A stretch of DNA of 64,000 bases from Bugula neritina. Its lineage: Eukaryota > Animalia > Bryozoa. The notes under the pieces are model-generated. The model was not told where the DNA came from. It saw only the letters and a list, made by a program, of their open reading frames with translations, and made no database searches. The position numbers were made by a program, and so were the translations under genes. Below, in pieces: positions 13,959 through 29,755 of this stretch. How positions within the stretch are numbered: position 1 is the stretch's first letter; the number at the start of each line of letters is the position of its first letter. The stretch covers positions 3,687,538-3,751,537 of the forward strand of contig OZ037772.1 in assembly GCA_964035545.1 (NCBI GenBank), written 5' to 3'.

Positions 13959-14391
13959 GGTAACCACAGACATCAGAAGAAGCAGAAGACACTTTCTACC
14001 ACCAGACGTACCTCTTTGAAGGGAAGCTCCCCGAGTAGGAATTGTCCCATCATGACCATGCGGGCCACCCAGAAGAAGAGGATATCCAGTCCAGTCTCTA
14101 GCAGAGTACCCGGGTAGTAGGCTTGCAGGTCGGGGGTGTTATCTGGCCACCCCATAGTTGAGAAAGGAAATATTCCGGAACTAAACCAAGTGTCCAGCAC
14201 ATCCTCATCTGTATAAAAGGCAGGAAATGGAACAATGTTCAGAGTTGTCTTCTCTGACAAACTGAAACTGGGGTTAATTTACTCAAGGAAAATGTCTAGT
14301 CCGTGAAGAAAAGAAAGTAAATTATCAATAAGTAGTTAGAGAAATGTAGCTCGCTGCTTTACTATAAAGGAGAAGAGAAAGTTGGAGGTGT

Positions 14392-14795
14392 GTACATACT
14401 CAATACATACTCAATATATACTCAATACATACTCAATACATACTCAATATATACTCAATATATACTCAACACCTACTCAATGCATACTCAATACATACTC
14501 AATATATACTCAGTACATACTCAATATATACTCAATACATACTCAATATATACTCAATACATACTCAATACATACTCAATATATACTCAATACATACTCA
14601 ATATATACTCAATATATACTCAATATATACTCAATACATACTTAATACATACTCAATACATACTCAATATATACTCAATACATACTCAGTACATACTCAA
14701 TATGTACTCAATACATACTCAATATATACTCAATACATACTCAATATATACTCAATACATACTCAATACATACTCAATACATACTCAATATATAC
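14392..14795. repeat. 11-bp minisatellite in VARS intron
   Basis: Unit ATACTCAATA(C/T). Confidence 0.95.
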
Positions 14796-15026
14796 TTGAG
14801 CTGTCAGATGAAAGAGAATTACCCTGGCTAAGACTGATGACATTTGGATGTACGTTAAACATCATTGCTGCCTTTGACAGCGCTTCATGATAGGATCTGC
14901 CAGTCACCCAGTAGTTGTTGTCACTAGACTATGTAAAATATATAGAGGTTAAAAGGTCACTAGACTATGTAAAATATACAGATGTCAAGAGGTCACTGAG
15001 CTATGATGAACAATGTACAATATAAT

Positions 15027-15124
15027 CACAGGCTTTCCATGGACGACTGAGATCGATCTTTGATGTCTTTTCATGGAGCGATCTCACCAATATAGATCTG
15101 AGATCGATCCATGGAAAGCCAGTG
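15027..15124. mobile_element. 98-bp miniature inverted-repeat element, same family as 45694-46381
   Basis: Ends CACAGGCTTTCCATGGA / TCCATGGAAAGCCAGTG with a GATCGATC-rich interior. Confidence 0.7.
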
Positions 15125-15524
15125 AAAGGGTCACACCTACTCCAGAAATGGCCACACCCACTCCAGAAATGGCCACACCCACTCCGGAAAGAGCCACACC
15201 CACTCTAGAAAGGCCACACCTACTCCAGAAAAGGCCACATTAAAGGGAATTCATAGTTTATCAACATAAACATAGTCTGTGGTAAATATTAGGTCTGTGC
15301 TAAACCCGCTTGCTTTCTGTAAATAACACAAGACAAGATGAAGAATGAGTCATACCTCAGCCTTAGGTTGCCCCTGGATCTGCACAAAGTAGGCTGGTAT
15401 TCTGTGCCCCCACCATAGCTGTCTGGAGATACACCAGTCCCTGGAGTTCCTCAGCCATTTGTACCAAGTGACTGTGTGATAGTCTGGTATGATCTTTAGC
15501 TTGCCTGATTCTACTACCTGCAGT

Positions 15525-16770
15525 ATACATACTATGCTATAGATATACTATGCTATAGATATACTATGCTATAGATATACTATGCTATAGATATACTATG
15601 CTATAGATATACTATGCTATAGATATACTATGCTATAGATATACTATACTATAGATATACTATGCTATAGATATACTATGCTATAGATATACTATGCTAT
15701 AGATATACTATACTATAGAAATACTATACTATAGATATACTATACTATAGATATACTATACTATAGATATACTATACTATAGATATACTATGCTATAGAT
15801 ATACTATACTATAGATATACTATGCTATAGATATACTATATACTATGCTATAGATATACTATGCTATAGATATACTATGCTATAGATATACTATACTATA
15901 GATATACTATATACTATGCTATAGATATACTATACTATAGATATACTATGCTATAGATATACTATGCTATAGATATACTATATACTATGCTATAGATATA
16001 CTATACTATAGATATACTATGCTATAGATATACTATGCTATAGATATACTATGCTATAGATATACTATGCTATAGATATACTATGCTATAGATATACTAT
16101 ACTATAGAAATACTATACTATAGATATACTATACTATAGATATACTATACTATAGATATACTATACTATAGATATACTATGCTATAGATATACTATACTA
16201 TAGATATACTATGCTATAGATATACTATATACTATGCTATAGATATACTATGCTATAGATATACTATGCTATAGATATACTATACTATAGATATACTATA
16301 TACTATGCTATAGATATACTATACTATAGATATACTATGCTATAGATATACTATGCTATAGATATACTATATACTATGCTATAGATATACTATACTATAG
16401 ATATACTATGCTATAGATATACTATACTATAGATATACTATGCTATAGATATACTATGCTATAGATATACTATACTATAGATATACTATGCTATAGATAT
16501 ACTATGCTATAGATATACTATATACTATGCTATAGATATACTATACTATAGATATACTATGCTATAGATATACTATGCTATAGATATACTATATACTATG
16601 CTATAGATATACTATACTATAGATATACTATGCTATAGATATACTATACTATAGATATACTATGCTATAGATATACTATGCTATAGATATACTATACAGT
16701 ACTAATATATATACTATACAATACTAATATATTATATACTATACAGTACTAATATATTATATACTATACA
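15525..16770. repeat. 16-bp minisatellite filling almost an entire VARS intron
   Basis: Unit ACTAT(G/A)CTATAGATAT with periodic 5-bp TACTA insertions. Confidence 0.95.
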
Positions 16771-17034
16771 TAATATATAATACAAGTACCTCTACAGCCT
16801 TGGCTGCCATATCGTCACATGCCACATACCACTGTGGTTTGGGTATCGGCTCAATGATGTCTTTAGATCGACTATAACACAAGAGAACACGTTGTGGAGG
16901 TCATTGTTAACAGACAGACACACATAGTAACAGTTCAACTCAACAGCATTGTAAAATATAGTGGATATGTTAATGGAGCTATTCTTTAGGAGAACAAGAG
17001 AGGACAACTTCTATTACATTGAGATCTGTAACTA

Positions 17035-17214
17035 TGAGTCATTTTACTTAATTTAGCACACAGAGCCATATACCTCTAGCTTTTAGCTATTGTTCACAGT
17101 TTAGCTGCTAATTCATCATTTTAATGTAAGAAACTATACACATTAGCAGCTAAACTGTGAAAAATAGCTAAGAACCAGAGATATGGTGTGTACTAAACTA
17201 AGTAAAATGACTCA
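17035..17214. repeat. Imperfect inverted repeat (hairpin MITE-like)
   Basis: TGAGTCATTTTACTTA..TCACAGTTTAGCTGCTAAT pairs with ATTAGCAGCTAAACTGTGA..TAAGTAAAATGACTCA. Confidence 0.8.
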
Positions 17215-17834
17215 CAAGTAAACATGACTAGGAAAAGTTCAGGATCTAACTGGACATGTATGAAGAAAATGTAATGGAACCTGTAGAAATCTAACAAGTT
17301 GGGATAAGATTGTAGAGAGAAGACGACTCACCTACATACAGGAACTACCATAGGGTTGTCTTCCTTTCCTTTGTATAGCCCCAAGTCTTCCAACCTTCTC
17401 TGAACAGCTTTACAGGCATCAAACCTGCACATGAAACTTACATGGAGTATAAATTGCTAATAGACTCACACCTGTCACCTGCTTACAAATGTCACCTGCT
17501 CACACATGTCACATGCTCACACCTGTCACCTGTACACACCTGTCACCTGTACACAAATAGTATTAAACCACTAAAACCTATGTAGATCAATATTTTCTTG
17601 CTATTAAGTTGACTAATTGTGAAACCGCCAAAATAGGAAAATAAGACCTTGTAGTGCAGTGAGCAAGGCAAGTTCAAGCCATACAACTTTAACATGTTGC
17701 ATTACAGAAGAAAGACTTGCTTCATTTTGGTAAATAACTATAAGTAATATTGGGAGTTACGCCACCTATGAGTAACAACATGGAGTTGTGTTTCTTTTCA
17801 TAAACGCAAAAAGGTAAAAATTACTTGTTTCTTC

Positions 17835-17969
17835 GAGGTAGCACAACTCCTAATTGTGTGACATATTTCCAAGTTGAAATGGTTTTTTCTTGCATTATAT
17901 ATTATATAATGCAAGGAAAAACCATATCAACTTAGAAATATATCACACAATTAGGAGTTATGCCACCTC
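17835..17969. repeat. Near-perfect palindrome with arms of about 66 bp
   Basis: GAGGTAGCACAACTCCTAATTGTGTGA..TTGCATTATAT, a 3-nt loop, then ATATAATGCAA..TCACACAATTAGGAGTTATGCCACCTC. Confidence 0.85.
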
Positions 17970-18167
17970 TTTGTCAAAAACACGGAATACTAGATTCACA
18001 CACCAAACAGTACTCGTTGCTATATGAATAGACTCCAATTTAGTTCTCCTTCCGTATCTCAGTAAGCTGAGGGACCTGACACCTCAATTCATGACATAGT
18101 AGAATTCTTACCATAGCAGAATACCATATTTAACACACGGATCTGTTAAATTATTTTGTCCCTACAC

Positions 18168-18445
18168 ACAACAGGCTATGAATATACAGGACAACAGGCT
18201 ATGAATATACAGGACAACAGGCTATGAATATACAGGACAACGGGTTATGAATATACAGGACAACAGGCTATGAATATACAGGATAACAGACTATGAATAT
18301 ACAGGACAACGGGTTATGAATATACAGGACAACAGGCTATGAATATACAGGACAACAGGCTATGAATATACAGGACAACAGGCTATGAATATACAGGACA
18401 ACAGGCTATGAATATACAGGACAACAGGCTATGAATATACAGGAA
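18168..18445. repeat. 23-bp minisatellite, about 12 copies
   Basis: Unit ACAACAGGCTATGAATATACAGG. Confidence 0.95.
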
Positions 18446-19560
18446 ACAGAGCACCTGTCCCAAACTCCATCTCCACAAAGTCATCAGCCACAATAGGTTT
18501 TCTCCTGTCAGCAAAAGGATGTCATAATGTAATATATCAGGCTGTGTCTGAATACTACTATTAGGTTAGTTACCACCAACACACAAGTCTCGCAGTGAAT
18601 AACCAGTTGACGTGCACACAGCCGGGAGTCAGACTTATACTGTACGATATACCTCAATATCAGAGATGGCAGAGTTGAGAGTACAGGACCAGTTGACCAG
18701 TCGGTTAGCTCTGTAGATCACACCTTTCTCGTGCATTCTGATAAACGCTTCGTTCACCGCTTTCAAAGATTTCTAATAAACAATACAACAGAACTGACAC
18801 CTGCAGACACCTGACAACACAAGCATATCAGACACCTGTAGATATTCTGGAAAAGTGCTGAGAGAAATATCTGTGGTTGAAACAACATCAATATAATAGA
18901 TGAATGACTTATGCCAACCGGTACTTAACACAAAGTTTATCAGCATTCAAAACAGAATTAACAGGGGGATGTTCATAGCCTGTCTGTGGAATATGGCAAA
19001 GTGAGTTGGCAAGATGCCAAAATGTCATGTAGTCACCACCAGAGGAATGGTGTCTACTGTTACATGCTATAAGCTAGGTACACCACCAGTTTAGTGACTA
19101 GGTAAGTACGGAGTTGTCTCATCTATATGAATGAACATCTTACCACCGAACTATCGCATCCGCAACCGCCCCCGTTAGGGCATGTCCTAGGTGAAGAGTC
19201 CCGGTCACATTAGGGGGAGGGATCATGATGATAAACTTCTCTTCAGGTGTGAGTTTCAGCACATCTCTACCTGTTACAAAGCAACCAATCACATCTCTCT
19301 CGGTTACAAAGTAAAAAGCAACCAATCACAGTACCTGTTACAACAGAGTAACAAATCACACCTCTACGTGTTAGAAGTAACCAATCACACATTATAGACT
19401 TTACTAGGATGAGAAGTGTACCTTTGAGATTATACTCAGGTTTGAAGAATCCTTCCTTCTCCCACCAAGAGTATCAGGCAGCTTCCACATAGGACAGGAG
19501 TAGGAATCAGGCATGGGACACGTCTTGTCTAGAATAACAGAAAACTATAAAGTATAGGGG

Positions 19561-19760
19561 AGCAGCTGTGGTCTAGGGATTAGAGCGTTTGTCTAGTGAA
19601 CATGAAGCCATTGTTTGACAAAGGGCATTGTGATGTTAAGAAGAGAATCCAGTCATAATTGCTCCTGTGCCACGTCTAAATAAGTCCTTAGCCTGTTTTA
19701 ACAAAAATACTTTCCACCAGGAGTCTCTCACAAGGATGGTGACTATGCACTGATATCTAG
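19561..19760 (+). mobile_element. Degenerate tRNA-derived SINE
   Basis: tRNA-like start GCTGTGGTCTAGGGATTAGAGCG followed by a SINE-body-like AAGAGAATCCAGTCATAATTGCTCC; no clear B-box. Confidence 0.35.
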
Positions 19761-22077
19761 ATATACTAAGTTGAGACTTGTCTTCTACTGGTCCATACAG
19801 TTCAAATAATTATGATAAACACATGTATAAATACAATAATCTATCCATCCATCCATCTAACCACCAACAAGAACGAATAAATAAGACTGTGGCCTGACAC
19901 TACTACTACTACAACTTATATAACTTATACACAGCAGACTGTTAGGAGTATTTGAATCTGAGGCTATCCAATGTATGAGTAGGGCAGCCCTAAATGTAGG
20001 ATATTGGAATACCATGTCTTATTACTACAGTCTAAAGCAGTGTTTATACCTTCACGATGTTCAGTCAGAAATTCAATTTTGATGAGTTGCATTTCATTGT
20101 AAAAGCCAATCATCAAAATTTTTGCTTTGTACATGCCTAATCAAATAATTTTAGAGTAACAATCAAAGGGAATGATAACTCCTTTAGATATGGGGTATTC
20201 ATGTTTATAATTACATCGGCTGTCTTTTTCAATTATCACTTTTATGCTGTCAACTTAATTTATTACGTTTTCAAAGGGCATCAAATAGTGATTAAGCGAG
20301 TTATATTTGAGTATTACAGAGTGAGCTTCCTTTATTAATATGATTTCAACAATTTTAAGTAAGACTGCTTACACACATAACTGTGTGTTCACTACCGAGC
20401 AGTGTACACTGATAAATCAGTGCTTCAACTGAAACTTGTAAGTAAAGGAATGAAGAGCTCAATTGAGTATAAAATGTAGAGAATAATTGAACTGAACCTT
20501 TCTTATGGCCAACTGGTGTGTCATCGACATACGTTACTACAGCCTTCTCCTTTTTCTCTTTCACTTTTTTCTAGAAAAAAAAAAATCAAATTTGAAGAAA
20601 ATAAAATGGAAATTGTTAGCTACAGATACAGACAACTTCCAGGTAAAAGTACAGCCATACAGTCCCAATACGAATATGTAATTCAAGTAACACTTTCATG
20701 TAGAAGTACAACCATAAATATGAATAGAAAGTAACACAAATATATACATTTAGGAGCAGTAGTGTAGAAATCGAGATAGCCTAGGTTCTTTAATCTTATT
20801 ATCAAATTTTGGTTTGGGGTTTGGGTTGAAATTCTTACAAAAACACAACTTCTTATGCTACATTTCTAATCTAGAACACAGGCTTTCTCAATTTCTCCAT
20901 TACTACACCTACCTTAGTATATATAGAATCTGTAACTAACTAAACAGATACCTCAGTAGTCGTGGCAGACTCTGCCTTCTGTTTAGCCTGCTTAGCTTGA
21001 AACTTGGCTAGTTTAGCAGCTTCTTTCTATAACTCTTTCTCAGATTTCACCTTGACCTCGCCAGTTGGCGCATCACCAGAGTTCACTTCCGACATGTTCG
21101 TTTATTGTGAGACTTCCCTTAAAACACAATCAGCCGGCATGGAACTAATAGATATCTCAATACTAAACATACAAACTACTGACCCAGTATAGTTATAGAC
21201 AGATATCTTAATACTAATAATATAAACTAATGGCTCAGTATTGCCTTAGTTATGCGTGGGGGTTCAGTGATAACACTCCTATAAACCACACAGTTCAATA
21301 ATGAAAGACTGTGACTTTTCACGAACAGACATCTCATCTCTGATTCTAATGAAAAATCACGAAATTTTCAGACAAACGATACTGCATTTCAACTTTGTGA
21401 CTATCACATGATAATAATCATTGTCATTTGAAAGATTCTGCTAAAATCGAAATGCCAATGTTAATCACAAGGTCAACCATAAATGACTCAGTCTGATGAC
21501 TGACGGTTATGCTTAATGATTAATTAGTAATATGAATAGATTGCAAGTCATCAGCATGATGATGGTGATTATTGCTTTTCACCATCAAAGGTCAAACTTT
21601 GTAATTGCAGCTTGAAATGTAAAATTAAAAATATTACTTTTATTTAATTATACGAGTATAACTTACTATCATAACAACATTCAACTTTATGTAGTCATTA
21701 TGAACATGATAATGGTTTACCTTTTACTTTAGATGATAATTATACTATTCACGATTATCATTATGTCTACCATTATGATTATCTCAACTTTAACTTATCA
21801 ATTACGATAATTAACCATTTATTTTCAATGATAAAAACTTAAATCATTGAATGAACACTAAAAGTAATTTAAATTCACACTTTTATTATCATAACTATCA
21901 AATTAATATTAATAGGCATATTTGATTTTTAGATTACAATAATAATTATCAAATCATGGTATAGAATTAAATATTATAGTTAATATTATTATAAATATAA
22001 TTAATATAATTGTATTTATTGAAACTAAAATAGTAAGGTAAACTAAATGAATTATCGACATGAGTGTGAGTATGAGT

Positions 22078-22458
22078 AGGCCACAACTAGAAGGTGCAGC
22101 AGCAATTTGAGATCCCCGTTTGCAATACCTCATCAAAGATATAGAACAGGTGCAAAATAATGCAATCAGATTCATTGCTAAATTGAAAGGCAGAGACAGT
22201 ATCACTGTGGCACGTGACAAACTAAACCTAGAATCTCTCCCCGACAGACGCTTCAAGCTGAGGCACAAGTTACTGTTGCGACTTCTATCTAATGAGGGAA
22301 ATCAGGCATCTCTAACCAACTCCTATGAACTGATGAACAGTAAAACCTAAAATACTAGGTTTACTAAGGCATCAAGCAGGGACGATCCTCCAACCATTTT
22401 TGCAAAATCAGCAGCCTACTACAGCAGCTTCTTTCCAAAAACAGCCCGAGAGCTTAAG
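22078..22458 (+). mobile_element. 3' fragment of a non-LTR retrotransposon ORF2 (CR1/L2-like)
   Basis: RPQLEGAAAI*DP..IKDIEQVQNNAIRFI..LNLESLPDRR..YSSFFPKTARE resembles the RP.LEY...WDP / IE.VQ..A.RF / SFFP.T..WN tail of CR1-group ORF2. In-frame stops are present. Confidence 0.8.
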
Positions 22459-23278
22459 TCTATGCTAAATAATTAGTCAATGCACCAGAGTTGTATATGT
22501 GCAACATACTGAAAATACTTGCTAGCCTGTAATCGGCAACTGTAGAGGTGTGCCTCTTGCTACATGCTCTAATGCGTGTAAGAGGTAAGAGGACTATCAA
22601 TATGACTATCAATATTAGTAGGAGTACCCAAGTACCAGTAGACATAGTAGCTGTAGAAAGTCTATCCCAATCAGTAACTGTAAGCCGTGAGGGCTGAGAG
22701 TATAACTAGGAATATAAAAAACTATAACTTGAGTATAACTAAGTGAAGGTGAGTTAACATAAATTAAAAAATAATAAATATAATTACTACAAAATCAAAA
22801 TGAAATATGCATTATGATTATAAATATTTATATTTTTATTTTATAATAATTTTTTAATTTATTTATATCATTTTATTTAGGTTCATTACCTTTCATTATG
22901 ATTATTGAAATTCATAAATCATATTCATAATGATAACGATAATGATAATCACTTAAAAAAAATTGATAAACCCATAATCATAATGATTATTATTATCATT
23001 TATCGCTTATCAGTGATAATCATAATCATAACGATGATCTTGATCATAATCAATATGAATATCAATATCATGTTATACTTATTCAATAATTATAATTGAT
23101 TGATTCTTATTCATATTAATAATGAATAAAAAATTATAGCATATAGCATATAGCATATAATTTATTTCACAGTGCGACAAGATTATCTAGACGGTGCGCT
23201 TACGCCTCTCATTCTACTTAAGCAATATCCAATTGTACGGTTTTTATGACTTTAAAATCCGTTTTTGAGAAGCAAGGC

Positions 23279-25561
<2,283 letters not shown>

Positions 25562-26520
25562 AGCAAGGCTAGATAGAAGTTAATGATCGATATTGACTCG
25601 CTAAGAGTTTTCATGTAAACCCGCAAACTACAACTTTTAACTTGACCGCAAAGCTGGAAGTACGATAAGCGTCGCCGTATTGATTTCAGGCGAATTTTAG
25701 TTGATTTCTTTCAAACTGTTGAGAAGTAATATTTGCTTCCATTTTATGTCTGTATCAGCCATCAGGGCTATCGCGATACAATTATACATGTTCTTAATTC
25801 AATCAATATTATGAAATAATTAATGTAAGAAATTCAATTTTGACTATATAGAATAATCTCAATCTGAATAAGTATTATTTATTTATTGTAACACTTGCAC
25901 ATCGTCTTACTCTTACTCTTACTCTTAGTCAGATAACATAGTACATACTGATACTCATACTGATACTCAATCCCATACTCAATCTCATACTGAGGCTGAT
26001 ACTCATAGTGATAGTCTTTGCCAGATTATTGCTAGATAATTTAAGCTAGTACTAGTACTACTACTAGTAGTACTAGTACTAGTAGTACTACTACTAGTAC
26101 TAGTAGTAGTACTAATAATCACAGTACTAAAGTAAATTAGTAGTACTAATAGTAATCGTATTAGAGTAATACTAATACTAATAGTAATACTACCACTAGT
26201 AGTAGCAGTAGTGCTAGTAGTAGTAGGCTACATGATGATGATCATTATGATTATGATTATGAAGATGGTTTTTACTATAACTATTACGGTATGAGTATAA
26301 CTATAACTGTATTAGTATTTGATTTTATTTTGCATTGCTAATTGAAGACCATGCGTTAAAATTAACTGTTTCTCTCTTTTCTCTACATTTCAAGTTGCAC
26401 ACTAATAGACATATATGCTTTCAATTTTTTTGGTCTATCTTTAAGTTGTTAAACTTGACCAGTATGACTACAACTAACTGTAACTAGAATAAAATATTGG
26501 ATGATAGAGAAGTTCCATAC

Positions 26521-26744
26521 CGTTACACCTCCTTTGACTTGTGCTACCGTCGGTAGTGCTAAAAGAGTGGAGCCAAAGAAAAGCATAATCACAGAATTCA
26601 CAGCCTGCTGGTTTGAGATTTTTGTGGTCTAGAGATTGTACTGGGTTACAGAGATATTTTTCCCGTCTGTGAATTTTTGATCCCTGCGGTTGTTTCTGAC
26701 TGTGGGTAGTTGGAGGTGTTGAGGGAGTGGGCTCACTGGGTAGG
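26521..26744 (-). other. Candidate orphan coding exon of unknown gene
   Basis: Flanked by AG and GTATGG, with a stop-free frame: LPSEPTPSTPPTTHSQKQ..YLCNPVQSL..GCEFCDYAFLWLHS..RCN. No partner exons were recognised. Confidence 0.3.
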
Positions 26745-26859
26745 CTATATTATTGTAATCATATTAACCAACTTGACAGTTTACTAATTCATTGTCTAAC
26801 TCTGTCTGTCTTAGTCTAGTAACACTATTTATTTACTTATTAGTTTAATTAAATTACTA

Positions 26860-28320
26860 GTTTATATTACCAAGGTATATTACTAGTTTATGTTACCAAG
26901 TTATATCACTATTTTATGTTACCAAGTTAAATTACTAGTTTATATTACCAAGTTATATTACTAGTTTATATTACCAATTTATATTACTAATTTATGTTAC
27001 CAAGTTTACTAGTTAATGCTACCAAGTTATATTACTAGTTTTTGTTACCAAGTTATATTACTAGTTTTTGTTACCAAGCTATATTACTAGTTTATGTTAC
27101 CAATTTATATTACTAGTTTATATTACCAAGTTATATTACTAGTTTATATCACCAAGTTATATTACTAGTTTATGTTACCAAGTTATATTACTAGTTTATA
27201 TTACCAAGTTATATTACTAGTTTATATTACCAAGTTATATTACTAGTTTATATTACCAAGTTATATTACTAGTTTATATTACCAAGTTATATTACTAGTT
27301 TATATTACCAAGTTATATTACTAGTTTATATCACCAAGTTATTAGACTAGTTTATATTGCCAAGTTATAATACTAGTTTATATTACAAAGGTATTTTACT
27401 AGTTTATATTACCAAGTTATATAACTAGTTTATATTACCAAGTTGTATTGTTAGTTTATATTACCAAGTTATATTACTAGTTTATGTTACCAAGTTATAT
27501 TACTAGTTTATGTTACCAAGTTATATTACTAGTTTATATTACCAAGTTATATTACTAGTTTATATTACCAAGTTATATTACTAGTTTATATCACCAAGTT
27601 ATATTACTAGTTTATATTACCAAGTTATATTACTAGTTTATGTTACCAAGTTATATTACTAGTTTATGTTACCAAGTTATATTACTAGTTTATGTTACCA
27701 AGTTATATTACTAGTTTATATTACCAAGTTATATTACTAGTTTATATCACCAAGTTATATTACTAGTTTATATTACCAAGTTATATTACTAGTTTATATT
27801 ACCAAGTTATATTACTAGTTTATATTACCAAGTTATATTACTAGTTTATGTTACCAAGTTATATTACTAGTTTATATTACCAAGTTATATTACTAGTTTA
27901 TATTACCAAGTTATATTACTAGTTTATATCACCAAGTTATATTACTAGTTTATATTACCAAGTTATATTACTAGTTTATATTACCAAGTTATATTACTAG
28001 TTTATATCACCAAGTTATATTACTAGTTTATGTTACCAAGTTATATTACTAGTTTATATTACCAAGTTATATTACTAGTTTATGTTACCAAGTTATATTA
28101 CTAGTTTATATCACCAAGTTATATTACTAGTTTATATTACCAAGTTATCTTACTAGTTTATTTTACCAAGTTATATTACTAGTTTATATTACCAAGTTAT
28201 ATTACTAGTTTATGTTACCAAGTTATATTACTAGTTTATGTTACCAAGTTATATTACTAGTTTATATTACCAAGTTATATTACTAGTTTATGTTAGCAAG
28301 TTATATTACTAGTTTATACT
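26860..28320. repeat. 26-bp minisatellite (dimer of two related 13-mers)
   Basis: TTATATTACTAGT alternates with TTAT(A/G)TTACCAAG for about 1.45 kb. Confidence 0.95.
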
Positions 28321-28418
28321 GCTAGTATTCAACAACTACCCTCCAGCACATCTCAACTCTGACGCACCTGCACTGACTAATCATCCGTATAGTTTATAGT
28401 TTTTGTTGAATTCTTCAG

Positions 28419-29354
28419 ACCCTGAGAACTGTGCGTGTGGCTTCACCTGCGAGTGTGGTGCCTGTGTTGGGGTATGTGACCTTGACAGAGACTGTGGGAA
28501 GCTGCAGATCTGTTTGGAGAAAAGATGTTATCAGCAGGCCTCACCAGATGACAGAACTGTTGTCTGGGATCTTTATCACTCAGAACTAGTAGAACGTTCT
28601 TCAGGTTTGAATGCGAAATCTTTGTTCTAAACTCTATTAGAGTTTAAAAGTGTTGCTGTCTGTTGTACTTATATCTGTGCTGGCCAGGATTTTTGAATGA
28701 TTTTTGTTATGTATTTACGTAACAGAGTGTAACCTTAAAGCTGAATTTGCTTTATTTTCCACATATTTTGGTTTGCGATTTTTCAGTAGAAACGAGGCAT
28801 CACACTTGGTGTGATTATCAGCATTTTTTGCAGGTGCTTCTATCCGTGTACTGACAACACATCCTGTCCTAGTGATGGACAAATCTGTCACCATAGTGTC
28901 TGTAAAGAGGGCTGTCAGGTGAGTAGTCGCTATGACCTACACTGCGAGTTATTGATGACTTTCATACTATGAGTTGTGACTGCCTACTATAATTTATACT
29001 GCGAGTCCAAGTAGCTGCTGTAACTTATGCTGTGAGTCATGACTAACTGAAATCACTTATACTGTGAGTCATGACTAACTGATATCACTTATACTGTGAG
29101 TCAATTATCAAAAATAGCAAAGAAGTAGAGATATGTTGTGTATGTGAGATATGTGAGGTTATTTAGTGACTAGTTCGCTATTTATAGAGTTTTGTTTCTA
29201 TTAATAGACTCTACTGAAAATGAACAATATGGATCTGAGTTTACTGAATGCATATCCAACATATGCTATCAGCTTTATCCTCTCAACAATCCAGATCTTT
29301 CTGATGCTGAGCAGGACAGACTCTTTGATGATCGGCTGGATCTACAGAATGATG
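28419..29354 (+). pseudogene. Cys-rich extracellular-type exons (28419-28604, 28834-28918, 29208-29354), possibly the N-terminal region of the downstream collagen
   Basis: GT-AG bounded exons read CACGFTCECGACVGVCDLDRDCGKLQICLEKRCY, CFYPCTDNTSCPSDGQICHHSVCKEGCQ and ECISNICYQLYP..DRLFDDRL. Phases do not join cleanly, so exons are missing. Confidence 0.55.
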
Positions 29355-29755
29355 GTAAGTTACTCTGTTAGTACAGTTACTCTGTTAGTACAGTTACTCT
29401 GTTAGTATAGTTACTCTGTTAATATAGTTACTGTGTTAGTATAGTTACTCTGTTAGTATAGTTACTCTGTTAGTATAGTTACTCTGTTAGTATAGTTACT
29501 ATGTTAGTATAGTTACTCTGTTAGTATAGTTACTCTGTTAGTATAGTTACTCTGTTAGTACAGTTACTCTGTTAGTACAGTTACTCTGTTAGTATAGTTA
29601 CTCTGTTAGTATAGTTACTCTGTTAGTATAATTACTCTGTTAGTATAGTTACTCTGTTAGTATAGTTACTCTGTTAGTATAGTTACTCTGTTAGTATAGT
29701 TACTCTGTTAGTATAGTTACTCTGTTAGTATAGTTACTCTGTTAGTATAGTTACA
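29355..29755. repeat. 17-bp minisatellite starting at a splice donor
   Basis: Unit GTTACTCTGTTAGTATA begins within GTAAGT at 29355. Confidence 0.95.

Larger units (their letters stand above)
14012..21095 (-). pseudogene. VARS1: Cytosolic-type valyl-tRNA synthetase pseudogene (5' half only)
   Basis: Exons encode MSEVNSG..KEL*KEAAKLAKFQ (TAG 21027-21029); KAVVTYVDDTPVGHKK; PMPDSY/[frameshift]YVEAA*YSWWEKEGFFKPEY (TGA 19474-19476); [16 protein letters not shown] (HIGH motif); [22 protein letters not shown]; HPF..PIVADDFVEMEFGTG; KGKEDNPMVVPVC; [15 protein letters not shown]; [18 protein letters not shown]; YWVTGRS; [39 protein letters not shown]. No KMSKS exon or anticodon-binding exons follow. 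Confidence 0.93.

Noticed and set aside
11827-14208. Functional VARS-TRIM fusion protein
   Set aside because: The VARS donor at 14012 is phase 0 and the TRIM terminal exon needs phase 1, and VARS has upstream stops.
14382-14890. 166-aa and 87-aa ORFs with (YSIHTQYILNT)n
   Set aside because: Translation of an 11-bp minisatellite inside a VARS intron on the opposite strand.
19474-22110. TGA at conserved Trp positions in VARS and the LINE, suggesting TGA=Trp or readthrough
   Set aside because: Trp is TGG elsewhere, including all Trp codons read in the intact TRIM. The same VARS copy also has a TAG, a frameshift and missing exons, so these are ordinary G-to-A nonsense changes.
22680-22710. Possible Helitron 3' end (short hairpin then CTAG)
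   Set aside because: The stem is only about 4 bp, the next base is not T, and no matching 5' end or second copy was seen.
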